Assembly (NCBI RefSeq): GCF_026210795.1
Contig: NC_089435.1
Location: 1,302,001 to 1,366,000 of the forward strand
Direction: 5' to 3'
DNA length: 64,000 nucleotides
Source: Rhizophagus irregularis
Taxonomy: Eukaryota
The notes under the pieces are model-generated. The model had not been told where the DNA came from, did not search any database, and saw only the letters and a list, made by a program, of their open reading frames with translations. A program made the position numbers and the translations under genes. Positions within the stretch are counted from its first letter, which is position 1. Each line of letters starts with the position of its first letter. Shown one piece after another: positions 59,701 through 64,000 of this stretch.

Positions 59701-62700
59701 TTTTTATCTTTTTCTTTCTCATTATATTGTTATATTAGTAGCGTAAACTGAACGCGTTTATTAATAAATTTTAAAGTATATTTTAAATTTAAATTTTATA
59801 ATATCTCATGCGTGATAATATGATTCATACAAGAAAATATATAAATATATAAAAAAGTAAATTCATTAAAGTCACGGTGATCGTTAATATGAATTGTTGC
59901 AAAATTTCTTTGATATATATATATATATCCGAAATTACCAGAATTATCATAATTCTGAATCCAAATCACATGATATACTATTTGCTTTTTACGACCGCAT
60001 CTTCGGTAATATAGCGCTCTCACTAACTCATATATTTTATTTACATTTAGAAGAAAAAGGGGTTTAAAATTAAATTTATAATATTCGTTTATTTAGATGT
60101 AATTTTTTTTTTAAAAAAATAATTGCCTTACAATAAAATATTCGTCATTTCGTCTCTTGTTTATGAAAACTATGTACATTTTTTTATTAAATTTTTATCT
60201 ATTATTTTTAAACATCTTATTTATTTATAAAATTATAAAACACATAGTAAACAAATTTTTATATAATTAAAATTTTTTTAAGGGCTGTACAAATAAAAAA
60301 TTTTACATCTAATAAAAATATAATGATGCCTTATTTTGTAAATTGTAGCATGTATAATTAATTTTAAATAAGTTATGATGTCAATATTATAAATAAATTG
60401 AAATTTCTAGAATTACTGCTTAAATTAAGTTTAAAAGTTTAAACAAGTAATAATTAGTGAATAATGTTCCTAATCAGTTATATACTTAATTCGGCCTGTG
60501 ACAAAATATTTGGCGAGAATTACTTTTTTTTGAAAAAGTTTTCAAATGTTTTATTCAAACCGAAACATTTAATTTTAGTAATTTGTTTTATTATTCAAAT
60601 AATAATAATCCAATAATTTATAAATAATCAGAGTTAGTTTGTCTTATAACTCTACTTTTCATTTAAATTTTTAACCAATTTCAAATTATATTCATTAATT
60701 ACTAATAAGTTATACATACTTAATTGTTAATAAATTACTTTGAATTATTATTTATTGGTTGGCTCCCAGAATTTAGATCCAAATTGAATCAGAAAAACAT
60801 AATTTTTTAATCACTGTATCTTATTTACATTTTTTATATTTATTTCTGTATTAATTAATATTTTAATTATGATATCCTAATCTCGTGATTCTAGACTCTA
60901 AATTCTAATTTGTTATTCTCGTATATTGAAATGATAATATTTTGGTTTAGAAAACAAATATTCCTATAACTCATAAAAAAAAAAATTAAAAATACAATAA
61001 ATTCTAAAATCTTAACATTATGAAAGCACTTACTAGTATTAATATATTAAAGTCTATATATGTTTGCTATATTCGGAAATATTACTCTATAAATTTCATA
61101 TTTATTATTCAGTTTTATATAAACTTCCTCATAATTATAATTGGATGTACTTGTAAGTATGGAAGTTGCATAATCTTACCATTTTTCTAAGAATTTCCCT
61201 AATACCTATGGTTATTAAAAGGAGAGGATTTTTGGTAAGTTTTGAATATAAATATGAAAAGAATTCAAATTACAGTTAAAATATTTATTTCATATAGTCA
61301 ACAATATACTCCTTAAGTAAACGGTGTAAAAAAAACAATTTATAAATCGTAAGTTGACCTTTTTTCATTTGAAAATTTCGATTTAAAATCATTAACTTTC
61401 GGGCGGCAATATCATCAACTATCATCAACTTAATAATATCGATTTTTAAATAAACTTCGAGTTTAAAAGTTCATAAATTACTTTCTAATTGTGAAAGAGG
61501 GAAAAATTTAGTTGAAATCTGAGGTTATATTATTTTATCGTTATAGTCTGGAATTTTTTTTTTTATATTTTCAATAAACTTATAAATAAATTGCTGCATA
61601 CTTTTGTTGCGTACTTTAGCTATATAAAATAAAATTTTTTTTATTAACATAATTGTTTAAATTTTTATCAAAAAAATCAACATCCAAATGGTCACACCGT
61701 ACACTTAGCGTTAGAAACTTGATGTATATTGTATCTTAGGCTGATGATAATGAATAAACTTCGATTACGAAAATGGAAACATATTAGTGAAACAAGAAAA
61801 TCAAAGTAAGAATTGAAATTCCCATGCTTTGAATCCATCAGTTTGTCACTTACTTTATATTTATTAAAGAGGACACAATGGTCAGCTTATTAAATAAAGT
61901 GCTAAAGGCGATCAAATTATATTCAAAATGCAATCCATTATAATTTTATAAATTGGATTTTTAAGTAAACTGCTTTGATTTAACATCGATATACTCTCTC
62001 TTGTTCCACCACTTGACGGTAATATTTTTTAAACAACGATCTTGTAATCAGCTTGGTGCTGGTAGAAAACATTTCACGTTAAGATGGAGTTCCATTTATG
62101 ATTCAACAAAAGATGATGTATTTTATTAAGAAATATTCACAAATATATTCGTAAAAATACTTTTATTGCTCTCGAGGTTGACTTGATCATTTTATAGCCC
62201 GTTATAATCTTTCTATTTGTCAAAAAACAAAAATTGGACACATATAGATCTTTCTTTAAAAACAGAATTGTTGAAAAAAAGGTTTAAAATGCTAAAAACT
62301 ATTTAGGTTGGTACTATTGGATGATTAAAATAGATTTATTTGTGTTTTAACAATTGCATCACCCGTTAAACCATTAAATTTTTGTCTTAATAAATATTTC
62401 AAGAATAGAATGCGTTAAGAATGGCAGGATAGGATGGCTAGTAAAGAATATTCTTTTACAAAAGGTGGTAAATGGATTTTAGAAGTTTCTATAGAAATAG
62501 TTTGCAATAGTTTTAGAAATGATCATCAATTAACATATGTCGAGCAAGCATCCCATTGGGTACGTTTCTTATGAAGAATTTGGGACAAATAAAATTATTT
62601 TGCACAATAAAATAAATTCACTATGAACAATTATTAAGGAACTATTCTTTTCATCCAATCAAAAAAGCAAAGTTTTTATGATTCTACTTTTGAATTAATC

Positions 62701-62709
62701 AAGTTCAGG

Positions 62710-63030
62710 AATGCAAGTTCGATTTTTTTAATTAAAAAAAATTTTTTTTTTTTAACGGAAAAATGTCAGGTTTGACGTTTTTAATTAAAAAAAAGAATTT
62801 TTTGATTTTTTTTCTAATAAAACAACATCGAGTTCGACGTCTTTTTCATTAAAAAATGTTTATTTTTTTATTCTTTTAGTGAAAAAACGTCATTAATTAA
62901 AAAACATTTTATTTTATTTTTCATTTTTTTTAATTGAAAGACGCCGAGTTTGACATTTTTTAATCAAAAAAAAAAAACTATTTTTTATTTGTTTTTTAAT
63001 GAAAAAACGTCAGGTTCGACGTTTTTAATG
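62710..63030. repeat. ~60-bp tandem units carrying an AAAAACGTC-AGGTTC-GACGTTTTT palindrome
   Basis: About six degenerate units; a single related unit at ~16095-16140. Confidence 0.75.
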
Positions 63031-63443
63031 AAAGGGTCAATGGGTCAAATGGGTTAGATTAAAATTCACCCAACCCGTTATCAGATCAGTAAGTTTATTG
63101 GCCCAACACGAAATATTCAGGTCAACCAAACAGGTCACCCAAGTTGACCCGTCCCATTCGGGAACAGCTTCAATAAATAAATTTTATAATAATACTTTAG
63201 ATATTATAATTTAGTTACAAGAAATAACGATTATAATATCATTCTAAGGTAATAATATTAGTAATTTTGAAATATGATGGATTTGGATATTATACTTAAA
63301 TTTACTTAACAAATTGAAAAATGGTAATGTTCAATTCTTTTTTACTTTATTGTAAAAACTGTATGTAAAGTACACAATATAAATATTTTTTATATAATAA
63401 CTGATAAATAATTCAATAAATAAAAAATAAATAACAGAATTAT

Positions 63444-64000
63444 TTAATCAATAGGTTTGAAATCATCATCAATCTCCTGAAACACTTCTTGACTAAAAAT
63501 TTTAGAGCTTGTAGAACTTGTAGAATATGCTTGTTGTATAATAGAAGTATTTACTTTTTCTTGAGTTAAATTTGCTTCTTTTTGTGTTAAATTTGCTTCT
63601 GCTTGTGTTAAAGCTTTGTCTGCTTTAACAAATTCAAGCATATCATTTTTTAATTTCTTATCAATATTAGGTACTTCAAAGATACGATTTCCATCCCTAT
63701 TAAATATATAATAATCATTAATACATCCAATCCATTCAGATATAATATCTTCGAGCATTGTTATATCAGGTCTACTGGAAGGATCTGAATCCCAACATTT
63801 TTTCATTAAATCTATATAACATTGTGGAGTATTTTCATCAATTTTAGGACGATCCCCTTGACAAATTTTCGAGATAAGTTCATGATCATATGCTTCACCA
63901 TTAAATGGAGGAATACCTGATGTAAATTCCCACATTATCATTGAGAAACTATAAATATCACTTGCTGGTGTATATGGTTCGTATCTTAATATTTCAGGCG
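63444..64000 (-). CDS. Tyrosine-kinase-like protein kinase, C-terminal part (gene runs beyond the window end)
   Basis: Frame is open to the window edge: APEILRYEPYTPASDIYSFSMIMWEFTSGIPPF..CYIDLMKKCWDSDPSSRP. Confidence 0.9.
   Translation of the reverse strand, partial: PEILRYEPYTPASDIYSFSMIMWEFTSGIPPFNGEAYDHELISKICQGDRPKIDENTPQCYIDLMKKCWDSDPSSRPDITMLEDIISEWIGCINDYYIFNRDGNRIFEVPNIDKKLKNDMLEFVKADKALTQAEANLTQKEANLTQEKVNTSIIQQAYSTSSTSSKIFSQEVFQEIDDDFKPID

Noticed and set aside
61870..62620. Degraded coding-like sequence
   Set aside because: Multiple stops in all frames examined and no recognisable motif; family cannot be assigned without a search.
62710..63030. CRISPR-like repeat-spacer array
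   Set aside because: Spacers are low-complexity A/T tracts, repeats are degenerate and there are no cas genes.

Overview
Very AT-rich eukaryotic DNA with short GT-AG introns. The gene families present (intronless F-box/LRR paralogues, BTB-BACK-TLDc, tyrosine-kinase-like kinases with micro-exon tails, SEL1 and Crinkler remnants) suggest an arbuscular mycorrhizal fungus (Glomeromycota, Rhizophagus-like); this is an inference from family composition. It is an accessory, repeat-rich region. It holds five intact F-box/LRR genes, two 5' fragments, and one copy split by a 1338-bp CCCTA-ended transposon with a 3-bp target-site duplication (TSD). It also holds a full-length non-LTR retrotransposon (35353-43383, 21-bp TSD, RRM/CCHC ORF1, APE-RT-RNaseH-CCHC ORF2), several MITEs, a Helitron-like end, two ~170-bp tandem arrays and a dispersed inverted repeat with conserved hairpins. 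The most unusual observations are (i) arrays of paralogous introns whose branch point lies in a covarying hairpin, (ii) a transposon insertion that could be removed in frame by splicing or excision, (iii) a degraded bromodomain/PD-(D/E)XK nuclease fusion gene and (iv) a small Gly-rich all-beta protein. All motif and domain calls were made by eye; no database search was run.
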